Shown here in pieces: positions 51,601 to 64,000 of a stretch of DNA of 64,000 nt. The notes under the pieces were generated by a model that searched no databases, was not told the DNA's origin, and saw only the letters and a list, made by a program, of their open reading frames with translations. The DNA is from Balanoglossus misakiensis (lineage: Eukaryota; Animalia; Hemichordata): contig CM082579.2 of NCBI GenBank assembly GCA_040954595.2, forward strand, positions 3,216,345 to 3,280,344, written 5' to 3'. Each line of letters opens with the position of its first letter. Position 1 is the stretch's first letter. A program made the translations under genes and the position numbers.

Positions 51601-54057
51601 AGTGTCTGAAAATGGTTGCGATTGCGTCAACTGGGTGGTTTATGTTGCAGTGGTCACGGTAGTTCACACCTAGTTGTGATTGCACAGGTATACATGTTGC
51701 GTATTTGCCCCAGAAGGTCAGACTGTGTACTCTGTTTTCTTTTGACACCGTCAACCGAAGTGACTGTTGACTGTTGTTACCTGGCCCCGCTCTAGCTCTG
51801 CCTACGTGCCTGCATTTATACGTTTACCACAGTGCTGATGCCATAAACTGGTCTCATCTGGGCGGAAAGGGCATTTTTGTTTCGTGCCGTTTAGCATAAA
51901 CTGGTGTGAAGTTGTCACGCACAGAAATTAATATATTACTGATAAAAAAGTGATATATTAGCGGGTACCTTGCAAAAGAATTGAGTCATTTGTCTATAAA
52001 TAACAAAAAAACATGGAATGGTACTATCACATTTCAACGTCTTCTTCTTGAGTGTTTTCCCAGTTGAAGATAGACCCCAGCTGCAGGGAATTTACGTGTA
52101 AGATGTTGGGTGGTAGAATTCTCTCTGTTCACAGTACTTCCGTAGCGAGAATAGACATGCAGCTAGCAACCATTTCCTCGCATTCAGAGTAGTATCAAGC
52201 CAAAAAAAGTGAGAGAAAAAAAGTGTGATAGAATGCACAGAATGTACACCTGCTATCCACATTCCAGCCTTATGCTCTGATGTTGCCTTTTCACTTTTGA
52301 AGCCAGCTGAATCTTTTCATTTTTTTTTTTATGAGTATACATTGATGAAAGATCAGTATGGGTCAGGTGTAATTCTAAGCGGAAAACTTTAAAAGATGAG
52401 AAAAAGGAAACCAATGGGGAAAATGTATTGGATTCTATGGTATTTCTTTAAAATTGTGATTCATCTATGTGGTATCGTTTCTTGGCTTTGCCCAAACTGC
52501 CAAAAGTGCCTAAGTGATACTAAATAATACATGAATATTCTAAGCGGCGCCAAAAAAAGGCGAACTAGATCCTTAGCTACAATGGCAGTAACACCCACCT
52601 GAAGGTCCAACGACAACCCGAAGCTCATCAGTGCAAGATCTAATTGAGCTTAATGCTTAGCCTAGAGAGACATTGAGAGTGTGTTGATCTCATTTAGTGT
52701 GACAATAAAACAGATAGAGCTTGTGGTGCACACACAGTGCAGATGGATTCTCACAGTATGACTTCAACGCCTCTGGAATCAAGCAATTAGTGATGGACTT
52801 GGTCATTTCTTATGTCTTCCCTCCCCTAGGCTTGGATTTTAATCTGTTTGGATCTTGAAATTTAATTACAGCCCATCAGTAATAAGTTGTATCCTGTGAT
52901 TTACTATGTGCCCTAGGATGCTGGTGTTAGTTTGTTTATTTCTTTTTTGGGATGGGGTGGCTGGGCGGTCATCCACCCCTTTCTGGTTCAGTAAAAGGAT
53001 GATGAGGGTCCAAAGAGTGATGTGCAGTTTGTACATCATTTCTATTCAGTTATAGGACTGTGTGTAAGTGTCTATTGGGCAGTGATGGCAAGTTTTAAGA
53101 GACAAGATCAGTGTAACTCTATACATAGCAGCTGGCTACTCATTTACTGAAAATCTTACCATCTCAAAACAATCGACCAATAAACATTTTTATGCTTGCA
53201 TTGAAATAACTTCTTCTGCAGTGTCTCTCAGTAATATCATCTTACTACAGGAAACATGTCATTATCTCTGCTGCAGTTGTCATTGTATTCAGTAGTACCT
53301 TGACTTGCTGAGTTCACTGTCATTTATTCCATGCGACCACATTCTACTCTTTGGTAGCAGCCAAATGTAACTTGCAAGTTGTAAACCATTTATTTGTTAA
53401 AATCTAATAGTATATGCATCACCATATTGAAAAAACACAAAAAGATACTGGAGTCCTGTTTAATCAGAGTAACTTTGAAAACTTTGCTGTGACTGATGTC
53501 TTCAGGGTGCAAAAGTCATTTGCATTTTCTTGAAGTACCTAGTTTGCCAATTTAACAGGAAGAAAGAAGTCATTGAAGTTAACATAAATTCTGTGATAAA
53601 GGAACGGGTAATTGAATTTCTGCTCGCATGATTACTGGTTAGTGGCTACTGAAAGCCCAGAGAAGAATTTCATTTGTGATTTACTGTCTGCCTAAATAAC
53701 ATTATATCACTCTCCCCAATTGAAATTTGTTTTTGGGATTTGAGATGAAGCTCCATTCATACTCAAATGCTGTGTTCCTGTAATTGGATTGGGTGAATGA
53801 ATGGTTTGAAGGAGGTGTATAGCCATTACCAAGGTGGACGTCTTCCCCGCCATTTCTCTGTGGAAACCATTGTCTTTGTCCAAACAGGGATTTTCTGTGT
53901 TGTGACAACCTTCAACATATCGTAGGCTCTCTGGCAGTATATCTAGGACAAGCAGGCTGGAGTTCCAGTTTTAGTTAACTCTTTTCAGACTCAACAGGAC
54001 AATGGTCACCAGGTTGTGTAGAAATGTGGAGTGTGAAATAAGTGGTGTTTCTGTGGG

Positions 54058-54120
54058 CCACACACACGCTGACACATACACACATGCATGCACACACACA
54101 CTCACAGAGACACTCACACC
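54058..54120. repeat. Imperfect (CA)n microsatellite
   Basis: ccacacacacgctgacacatacacacatgcatgcacacacacactcacagagacactcacacc. Confidence 0.7.
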
Positions 54121-57100
54121 AAATGCCACATGGACAGCTCATCTACTCTATGATTGCAGAAAAGACAGAAACCATTGTTGGGAAGACAGACACATTATGT
54201 GCTTTTAAGTTTTATTTCACAATTTTATTGAGTACTGCCATAACAAGAATAGGTAACTCAGAATGTGAGAATAGTTAACTGACCTGTCAAGGAATAGCCC
54301 CAGTCAAGGAATAATTACCCATAGTAAAAGCCACCTTTAGGAAATTCCAGTTCCCAATAAATCAGTTACATAAGCTATGAACATGGTTGCAATGCTTTTT
54401 ATTTGATGAGCAATAGTTAAATTTTTATTTTCAATTAAATAGAGACATGGCTTTCATTAATCAAGTGAAAGAAGGCTGAACTTCGAAGTGAACAATCTCC
54501 AAAGATTAAAGGGGGAAAATTTGATGGTGATGGTTGAGGAGATTTCCATCTGCTTTTACAGTCCATCCACCCACCCACACAATTTAGCAATTTATTGCAC
54601 AGTTCTTGTGTAATCACTTGGTATGGAACTGATTAAAGTTTGTTTGTTTTACCCCAGATCCTGGCAGTTCCCCCTAATGAGGACATTGCCCATTGCTGCA
54701 ACACACTTCCATGTAGGAGCAGAGAGATTGTAATCTTGTGAAAACACTCATTGGACAATTCCCCTACACACCTCTGCTTTGGCCCCCTTATCAGTTGCTA
54801 TCTGTCTGCGCCCATCTGTTGCTAACTATCACCAGACACTCTTCATCATCCATAAATATCCCTCCTCTGGTGTTCCCTGTTTAATCTGAAAAAGTTGGCA
54901 GGGTGGCCACTCTGTAAATAAACACAGCATTAACTTTGTAGGTGTACTCTCAAGTGTATAGCACAATTATCTTTCCCCGGTAATGAATTTTTCCAGTCCT
55001 AGTGTGTTCTGAGTGGGTGAGCTGTTACATCCCCCAAGGCTTGCCAGCAACTTCACGTACTGGTTGATGCTCTTTTTTCCACTGCATCACGGGAGACATC
55101 CAAGGTCCGTGTAAACATAAGAAAAATGGACCCCAGACGCAGGGGCCCAATCGCAGTAGTGCTATACTGTGCTGATTCTGGTTTTCATCAAACGTTTGCA
55201 TGTTTGATCTTTTGTTTTAAAGCTGATATTTTATCTGATGCGGCAAAGTATTTTCAAGTAATTTGTCAGGAATATGTTTGGGGTGACAAATTTTTATCAG
55301 CAGTTTTCTAGTGGCCAGTGGAAGTGTCTCCTTTTGGTTTTCATGGTGTGGGGTGAGAGTGTAGTGATTTCAGATTGCCGAGAGACAAAACTTGAGGCTT
55401 TCCGAGCCTGCCAGACCCCGGCTGTCAGTGGGTAAACTCTGGCCTTAGCAAACACTTGAATTGAAACCCATGTAAGGGAAGGAAATCGTCTGGGGAAATG
55501 TAAGTGAGCTGTGAGGGAAAACAGAGTGAGACAGGAGCAGTTAAGAGTCCAACCGTAATCGTTAGTTGGAACAGAGTGTTTCATCATGGTGGTGGCTTGA
55601 ATCAGCTACCAAGCCTTCGTGCAATTTTTTCAGCCAGACTGGCAGTGATGTTGCGATAACTTGAGCATCGCTGTGGCTACAGAGAGCAGTGTGTTAATCG
55701 AGCTGCCTGAAGCAATGATCTTGAAGTTGTGTAAGAGCACTTTAGTGCAGGAAAAAGACTGATATTCATCTCATATCCACATTAATGCCTAGTCAAGTAG
55801 GCTTTCAAGTAGAAAGATTGAAGTTTCTCTGATATGATGGATGGTGCTTGCATAACTTGGTTGCCATGGCTCCAGTCAGATTGGTGGTGGTAGTCCTTTA
55901 GCACTTGGAACCGCGTCTCGGTGATTGTGTCAATTTCTGATCAGTGGATCCCATGTGAAATTAACCAATTTCATTTTTGGCTTGTTCTAAAGTGACAAGA
56001 GCTTCATTAGGTTAAGCAACACAATCAGTAAAAAACACTGTCTGGTTTTGAGAAGTCGGAAAATACCAGTGGACTGTGAATCTCGTTTTCTATTACCCTG
56101 TGTGTGGAATCCCAGACTCAGTTTTCTTCCTTGGTCAGAGTTAATGGTCTAAATTCATTCCTTGGGATATCCATCTGTGTTTGCGACAATACACACAGAC
56201 CTTTCTATTGAAACTTTCTACCAACGGAGACAAGAACCCGGTGTAAGATACACTTCCATTGTATACAGTTTGACTCTTTTGTTACACGGAATCCATTGTG
56301 TTTCAAGTGTGTTTTCAGTGAATGACAATGCACAGTAGCCCTGGCCCCGACACAGTACCCTTTGACTCGATTACCGACACTTCTAAATCTACCAAATTAC
56401 CCAATTCTGCAATTTGTCCCAAGAATGTATGGGGGTTACACCAGCACGGAGAACCCAGCACCTTTGGCCAATTCGTATATCCCACATTTTTTGAGTACGT
56501 TTATGACAAGCTTCAACGTTTTTGTTGGTGGTGGTGGTGTTGCTGATGATGGTCTCACTGTCACATAGTTCCTGGGGCACTTCGAATATCAATAAGGGCA
56601 TTACATCATGGCTGGCATTCATTCACACACAGAGGCAGCAAATCCAGACAGACACTGGCCAAAACCCCAATAAATTGGATTTCTGCTTGTGAGTCAAAGA
56701 TGGCATTGTGGAGAGGGGCTGGACCAATACTTTGCTTTCACATCCACTGCTGCTATAAAGGTTCTCGACTTTCATTTCGAGGAATTTCAAAACCAGAATA
56801 ACTAATGCAATTAATACCAGTTTAATAGTCAGACCAAAAGTAAAAGCTATTTCCATCTGGATTTGTTCAGGAAGATTGGGTGGAAAAAGTTTGGTTCTTT
56901 CCTGTTGGCTTATCACAAGATAACATCAACTTCCATCATGTATGTGCCCTGATGTCTGACTGATCTTCCTACTTGGTCATTTATTGAGAGGAACTTCACC
57001 AGACTCATCTTGTCCCAAAACCTTCCACCACCACCCCTATTTTCCCATGGGGGGGGGGGGCTCCAACAAATGTCGATGTCTGTTGAGGTCAAGAAACCTA

Positions 57101-60100
57101 ATTTTAGCCACTTCCATGGCATGTTTGAAAATAAACCAAATCGAAGCACTCGCCAAGTGTTGAAAAGATGTTTGCTTGGAATCACGTCTAGCGATTTAAA
57201 TCTATGGAGATTTCCTACCCCGGCGATTATTGAATTGGTGTATTTATGTACAGGTCAGTGGCTCAGTGGACTTGGGAGTATCAACGGCCAGTATTACAGC
57301 ACTGGGGGAATAATGAGATATCTTCATGCAAAGCAAGATCTTGTTTATTTCTGTGATGTAAAGCACACATCCCAGATATTTTAGTATAATTCTGATTGGG
57401 CACTTTGAGAGCAACGTTGGTCATGTCCATAATAATATATCCGAGAGTAATTATGCAGTCAGTCTAAATATTTAGAAGTTCGCAAACGTGGGAAGTATGT
57501 CAGACTGATGGCAGCCACTGTGATCATCGTGTGGATGCGGTCATCAGTGATGATGCTGCCTGAAGATTGTGTTTGTACAAACTGATGTACAGATAGGAGT
57601 AGCAAATGAAACTCTCATGCAGAACCCAAGTTCAACAATAGTCTGCTTCCATAGACATTTTATAGATGTAATCCAAACATGGCGATATATTTGACTTGCC
57701 CTCAAGGATGGCTGGGCGGCTTCTTGAAAAGAACAAACCCCTTGATTGTGGGTATTGATGTGATTTCCGTAGAGTGTACTGTGACCATGTTGCTATGGTG
57801 ACGGTTGGGATGACACGCACTTTTGTCAGTGCGCAGCTACCGACAATGAAATGAGAGACAAGTCCTTGGGGTTGTACAGACTGTGGCATATGGCAGTCAA
57901 GGGTCATCCATATGAAAAGAGTTTGTTGAGACACAACAATAGCATTGGCGGAAATCAGACCTCAGGTGTTCCTGTACAATTGGCTTTATTCTGCCTAGGT
58001 CAGCCTTTGGATGGCTGGCAGAAGGGACCTTCCTTGACCAAAAGAAAAATGTATTGTAATTTTGTGATCTGCAGATGCTGAAAAAATAGTGTCAGTGCGT
58101 GGAAGACAATTGGCATCTCGAACGTGATTGATTGGAAAGTTGGATATTGGGGGGGGGGGGGGATGTTTGGTGACCCAAGAGTGAATCCGAGAACTTCGAA
58201 AGTGGACCTCTTAGAACTCCAGAGGGCGCTATGCATAAAATTTATTCTGGGAACTCCCAGAACTTTTAGCAGTGCACATTCTTGTACATCCAAACACCAT
58301 GCTGACTGGTGCCGTGTTAACATTTGAAGCATTCTGCAGGGACACACAGAGAGAAAGGGGCACAGTTGTAAATTCTGCGGCATCCAAGGTTGTCTGGCTG
58401 CTTACATTATAGCCTCATAGTAGAAGCATGAATGAAAATAAACATTTCTGCAGTCAGGGTTATGTCATGTGTGCTGTGTAAAGGTATACTTTCATTGCCC
58501 AATTATGCATCGCTGGACCAGCTGTTGTGAAGATAACTGCGATGACACAAAATCTTTGTATAAAGCACAGAGGTGATGACAATTAAAAATGGACATATCA
58601 TTAATATACTACAGAGGTGTCACCTTTTAAAATAAATATCGGATAGTGCTAGGTACCAACAGCACCCCCCCCCCCCCCATATACACCAACTGCCCGCCCT
58701 CTCATCCACCATGGACATGTAACAATCATATACTGACACGATTCCCAGGGAAAAAGACACTCTCAGAGTTTTACATTCATTGTCTGTCTTTTTGGGGTTA
58801 TTACATGACAAGTTTACATAATGCGTGCTAATCTCTGCATGTTTTTAAAATGTCAAAACAGTCTGGAAATTTATGGTGGTATGCGGGGCAAGGAGAATGG
58901 AATTGTCCAATTTTATTGTCGTACTCCGACCTCTCGGAGCAGAGAAGGCAGTCCAACATGTACGGGCCATCTTCTGCGACGTGTTTGTACGTAGTTCATC
59001 AATGTTTAGACTTGTCAGCGTTCATGTTCCCCATTTGTGAAAAAAATATTTCCATTCAGCCGTAATGAAGGTTTCTTTATAAAAAATGCATGTTTGGTAA
59101 CTAACGGTCACTGGCTGACTTCTGTACCGCCAATCAGTCGAACCTTTTGCCCAGTAGCCTACTTTTGATGATGACCGGTTGCCACGGTGACAGACATCCA
59201 TGCAGTTGTCACAGTTTGACTGTGAGCGGGGAGCAAAGTTATGATTTTCCGGACGAGCCTCTAAATTAAAAAACTCCTGCTGTTAAGGGTTTTGTCAGTT
59301 CAGTTTATGTAACTTTACTGATTGAAATTGGTCCCCTCTTCCTTCTTCAAGCTAACTAAAACATATCCCATCAGCCAGAGAGAGAGGCCTTCATCCCAGC
59401 ACCCAGATGGAATGTACATCATCAATCTTGGATGTGCATCGTTGATATTTTAAACAAAACGGGACCTTGCACCACTTCCTGTGTGCTTGCATGGATCACG
59501 GTTTCACTCGATAAAATCACGTCTAGCTGGCATAGCTCAGGGCAGTGTGGAGTCAAGCCCTGCATCAGACATACACACTCAGTGATCGGTTTGCAAACTA
59601 GAACACCAGGACATTCCTTCCATTTGAAGTGTGTCAGCATCTTGGAAACGTTACATGATGCTGCTGCACATAGAAATTCTCGCACGATTGATTGAAATCA
59701 CTCGGGGCTGTTATTCTTTTTGGACTGTATCAGTTTTGATACACTGCAAAAGTTATCATTTGTATTTGCCAATTAGTATCAAGTTTTGCCACCCAAACAC
59801 CCAGTATTGTTTATATGTTAGAAAATTCTGTCAAAGGCCAGAAGGTTTGGAAGACAGAGTTCTTGTTAATCCCCGCGAAACTGATGGAGAAGGGCTGTGT
59901 CATAGGTTACAGGGCAAAGGGTTGCATTCTGTAGTCTATAGGTCAGCTGGTGCCTGTCTATTCTGTTCCATGGAATATTTTGAGTCATTCGATTGAAATG
60001 TTCATGTTTCCTCTATGCTATCCCATGATATGCTACACACATAACTATTTGCAACACTAGCAGAGAAACTTTTGTTGGATAAACCGATATATTCAGTACG

Positions 60101-60635
60101 CACAGCCGTATACGGAATGTAAACTTAAGAAAGCACACGTCGCAGTCTGTGTGTGTTGTTATAACATGTTCAAATAACACAGCACAGTTTTTGAAATAAA
60201 ATATTGCAAACAGTCTTGGCGCTAAGCTCTTCCAGAATTCCTAGGGTATTGCTCCCTGTGTGGCAAAAAATATTTCTCTTAAATCGCCGAATTGTTGCAC
60301 AATATTATGTAAGTTGCTCCAGCAATATCATAAAAGGCTTTCCCCCCTTGATGCCAAAACATGAAAAACATGATTCAGTTTCGAAGCAGGTCAGTGACGC
60401 TTAACTCAGGGATATTTTGTCAGGTGCACATGACGCATCAACCAAATATGAGAAGAACCATTTCTGCAGTGTGCAACGTTTATGTGTTATTTCACCAAAA
60501 TAGTTATAAATGAGCTCAGTATGTATGTTTACATAAATGATCTGCAGGACTGTCTTCTGTTCGCATTCTTGCGTTTATAATTGACCAAAAATGACAGATG
60601 TGTGACTTTTTTTTTTACTTCTTTTATCTCAACAG

Positions 60636-60782
60636 GCAACAATGTGCTAGCCAACCAGCCGTTCCGTCTCAACTGGGCCTGGATTTCATTAGAGAAAGAA
60701 TATTTCGTCGTAAATGAAACTGATAGGAGTCTGCATGTGAAGCTGTATCGCCGTGGTTACTTAGGGGAAACATCGTTTGTTG
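60636..60782 (+). CDS. FREM2: FREM2-like exon 3 (147 nt; start of Calx-beta 1)
   Basis: Strong pyrimidine tract + caacag|60636 and donor gttg|gtaagt. Translates (G)[48 protein letters not shown], including the FREM2 hallmark FRLNWAWIS...[10 protein letters not shown]. Confidence 0.96.
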
Positions 60783-62476
60783 GTAAGTATAGTTGCATGC
60801 GTTCAAATTCCAGACATTTGTGTGAGCAGGTCGTGCCCAGCTGGGCATGTAGCTGAACTGCCAAACCCTGAAGTTGCCAGACTCTCACTCGACCAATCTG
60901 CCGAACTCTCTAGTTCGACAAAGCCATCTAACTCTACCAATAGGCATTCAGTTGTTGCCTTTGCTGTGGCTATTTGATTGTAAATAAACTGTGAAGACTT
61001 CTCGACCTTAGACTGTCGAGTGTTGTGGATTTAATTGTGGTTTCGAGACTGGAGTTACTAGTAGATGGATTCTGCTGAAACCTTGACCACTTCACAACCT
61101 GAAGTGGGGGAATAAACTGCTGATCTCTGGTGTTTATAAGTGTAGATGTTTTGTCTCTGTGAAATACAAATAGTTATTTTGTTGAGTTGTTGAGAGACAC
61201 ATCCTTGATGTTGGCGTCTTTGTATACAGTCGATCAAAATTGGTACGAGTCGTTTCGGTGTGTTTTCAGTTTAAGGGTGGTCTTTGATCCTATAGGGGTC
61301 ATGGATAATTAAAGCATGCTCTTGACATATACAACTGATTGCATTTGACCTCAAATCCCCTCCCCTTAATAAGAGTTTGGAAGTGAGGAAATGTGATTAA
61401 CTTACATACACCAAACCTCCACTAAGATAACCTCCAAAGTAAAGTAAATTGAATGTGTCCACAGTTAGTCCATTTCCCAATCAGGTGGCTCCATTTTGTG
61501 CCAACAATTTCAATTTGTAGGTAGAGTATCACTTTTGGTTTCCAAACAAACCGAGCTAATTTTAGGGTAAGGATACCCTCCCTTGAGGAAACAGGAAATC
61601 AGCACATCCGATTCTCCTGCTGGTCTTTAAAAAAAATAATAAACCTAATAATGGAGAGCTGTTTTAAGCCACAATGGTCTCAAGGAAACCAGTCAACTTG
61701 ATACCTGTCTGAAGGTAATACGTCCTCGTATACCCCAGGAGAAATTCAAATCACGCTGTAATAGATAGAAGTCCCATTGAATTGGCTTTCCTGTTTTGAT
61801 TACCGTGTGTGTTAGTTCAATTTAGAAGTTAAACTGTTAAGAGATCAAACGCAGAAAATAGGTCCGTGTTTGCACTGGGTGCGGAAAAGAATCCAATGGA
61901 ACTCCAGTGGAAAAATAAACCTTGGATTTGTTGGAGTGAAATTGATATTCACCGTTGGCGTTGGAAGAGCCCGGTGGAGTGGAGTGGGACTGAAGGGAGA
62001 ATGGCTGGGAACCCGACGGCTATTACAACAATGCAAAACAAACTGGAAGCCTCGTGTAATTTGAAAATCAATTATTGTCTGGGAATGTTGGACATGTACT
62101 GTTAAATTTTCCTGGGAGTTTTGGAGTAGGGGGATGTAGCCTTATTTCCCTGTCGCCAGGCCCACCTACCGTGCAATTGAGAATTAACGATTTTTAAATT
62201 CTGCACAGTCTCTGTGCAAACAAATAGACAATCAATCAAAATTTAATTAAACTATTTCTCCTTGTAAAACCTCCCAGTTCAAGTACTCACTGTCATTGGC
62301 CCCAACTTATCAGAAATTGCTGTAGAAATTAATCTTTTAAATTCATGATTATTTTTCCACTATCCATAGAGCTGAGCTTTTACATGTCAGAACATCTGTA
62401 GTGTTTCTGGCACTTTGCCTCTTCATCAATTCCTACCAATGCAGGATTAATATACCACGTTCTCTGATTACTACAG

Positions 62477-62707
62477 GTATCAGAACTGAAGATGGCACAG
62501 CAACCAAAGGTGAGGACTTCAACGGCAAATCTGCCAGACAGGTACAGTTCAACCCAGGACAGACTGAAGGTACATGGCGGGTCAAGATCCTCAACGATGA
62601 TGCGTTCGAACAAACGGAGACATTCAACATTGTCCTTCATGATCCTGTGATGGGAGCCCTGGAACACCCAGACATAGCCATTGTTGAAATCCACGATTTG
62701 GAAGATG
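62477..62707 (+). CDS. FREM2: FREM2-like exon 4 (231 nt; Calx-beta 1)
   Basis: ctacag|62477 and gatg|gtaagt. Translates (G)IRTEDGTATKGEDFNGKSARQVQFNPGQTEGTWRVKILNDDAFEQTETFNIVLHDPVMGALEHPDIAIVEIHDLED, with Calx-beta motifs (GTA..G.DF, DD..E..E.F). Confidence 0.96.
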
Positions 62708-62851
62708 GTAAGTCAGTGAAGTAGATCTTTAGGTATTTGACATGTGAGTTCCAGTGAATGTTTCAGGGAGGGGTAGTGCAATTTGATTGTGGCTGTGAGA
62801 TATAAGACCTCATTGGCATAGTGAGTTCATCTTCTGATTATTCCAGCATGA

Positions 62852-63040
62852 GTTTGCCAGCTCAGTGCATCGGCCTTGACATTCAGATGATACTTCATTA
62901 AACTTGATTGGGTCAGAGAAAGAAAAGATGGGATTCGCAGGGGTTTGCCACGGCACAGTGCACGGACCTTGACATTCAGACGATACTTTGTCAAACTTAA
63001 TTAGGCAGACTCGGGTCAGAGTGAAAAAAGACGGGGGGAC
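62852..63040. repeat. Diverged ~90-95 bp tandem duplication in intron 4
   Basis: tttgcca..cagtgca.cgg.ccttgacattcaga.gatactt..t.aaactt.att.gg at ~62853 and ~62944. Confidence 0.75.
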
Positions 63041-63453
63041 TCCCAACTTTGCCGCTTATCGGGATACCGATCTTTGAGGTGCAGATGTTGGTGTGTCTGC
63101 CAAGGATTATTTGGCGACACAGCCCACCATAGTTGAGATGTTGTCCCTTCTTATTACACAGCCATAGCACCACAAGGACTTAAGGAAAATATGGATTTGG
63201 AATTGATCCAATATGAATGCCACCCAATAATATTTTTATGGGAGGTTTGTCAAAGTTGATGATAACCTCTATTGCCATGGCTCTGTGTTGACACTGCATG
63301 ATTGAAGCATGGAAACATTTGGTATAAAGCTGATCACTGCAAGGTCAAAAAAGTTGGCAGAAACCTCTCAATAACCCAGATATGTCAGACATGAGTTTCT
63401 CTGGATGTAAATCAGCTTTCATTCACATCTCTTTATTATTTCTTTGCCAACAG

Positions 63454-63582
63454 AGTCTGAGGTCTGCGTTGACTTGCCAGAGAGCTACGAGATCGAGGAG
63501 GACATCGGAGAGCTGCTTATACCAATCAAACGAACTGGTGATCTCTCCAAAGAATTGATGGTCGTGTGTTCGACTATGCCAG
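63454..63582 (+). CDS. FREM2: FREM2-like exon 5 (129 nt; Calx-beta 2, first half)
   Basis: gccaacag|63454 and ccag|gtgcgt. Translates (E)SEVCVDLPESYEIEEDIGELLIPIKRTGDLSKELMVVCSTMP. Not in the ORF track. Confidence 0.93.
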
Positions 63583-63713
63583 GTGCGTCCCAGATAATAT
63601 GCAAATCAGTGTAATATTTGAATTGATTCTCCGTTGTTGACAGTTTTGCACTGAAATGCAGAGTAACATTTTAATTAAACGGCAAACTTGTGATTATTAT
63701 TTTGAATTATTAG

Positions 63714-63962
63714 ACACGGCTACAGGCACTAGCCCATCCCCTGTGACGTCCTACTCCGATTACATCAGCCGAGCTGAAGACCAGAAGAACTTTGTGCGCT
63801 TTGGTCGTGATGAGGATTTGGCGTTCTGTCGCGTGGTCATCATTGACGATTCCCTCTACGAAGACGAGGAGAGATTTCAAGTTAAGCTGAGTATGCCCAT
63901 GGGTGGACGCCTGTGCGCGTCGCCGACAGTGGACATTGTGATTTTGCCCGATGAAGACGATG
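63714..63962 (+). CDS. FREM2: FREM2-like exon 6 (249 nt; Calx-beta 2); gene continues beyond the window
   Basis: attattag|63714 and gatg|gtaagt. Translates (D)TATGTSPSPVTSYSDYISRAEDQKNFVRFGRDEDLAFCRVVIIDDSLYEDEERFQVKLSMPMGGRLCASPTVDIVILPDEDD. Confidence 0.95.
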
Positions 63963-64000
63963 GTAAGTGAAGACATTGTCATCCAGTGAAGTTGTGTGTG

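Noticed and set aside
13000-60500. Nested protein-coding genes or transposase/RT ORFs among the 60-150 aa intronic ORFs
   Set aside because: None shows recognisable domains or a chain of phase-compatible exons; lengths are in the range expected by chance. Small nested exons cannot be fully excluded by eye.
1-64000. CRISPR arrays, operons or prokaryotic defence systems
   Set aside because: The window is spliceosomal-intron-containing animal DNA, and no regularly spaced repeat-spacer arrays were seen.

Overview
Eukaryotic (animal) genomic DNA, most likely a marine invertebrate deuterostome; the taxon is inferred from gene style and not established. There are two spliced + strand genes. (1) 519-3613 is the 3' part of an unnamed adaptor gene: SH3 domain, long Pro/Tyr-motif-rich linker, and a C-terminal SH3 split over two exons that the ORF track misses. 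(2) From 7331 to past the window end is the 5' part of a FREM2/sea-urchin ECM3-like extracellular matrix gene. It has a giant 4,981-nt first coding exon (signal peptide, N-terminal domain, CSPG/NG2 repeats), an isolated 90-nt exon 2 at 35763-35852 between introns of about 23.5 and 24.8 kb, and Calx-beta exons 3-6 (60636-63962). All six FREM2 junctions are phase 1. The large introns carry two intact non-autonomous TTAA-flanked TIR transposons (Kolobok-like), small hairpin/MITE-like elements, degenerate tandem repeats, microsatellites and a heat-shock-element-like array. I recognised no prokaryotic systems, CRISPR arrays, tRNA/rRNA genes or nested protein-coding genes. Nearly all other listed ORFs are spurious.
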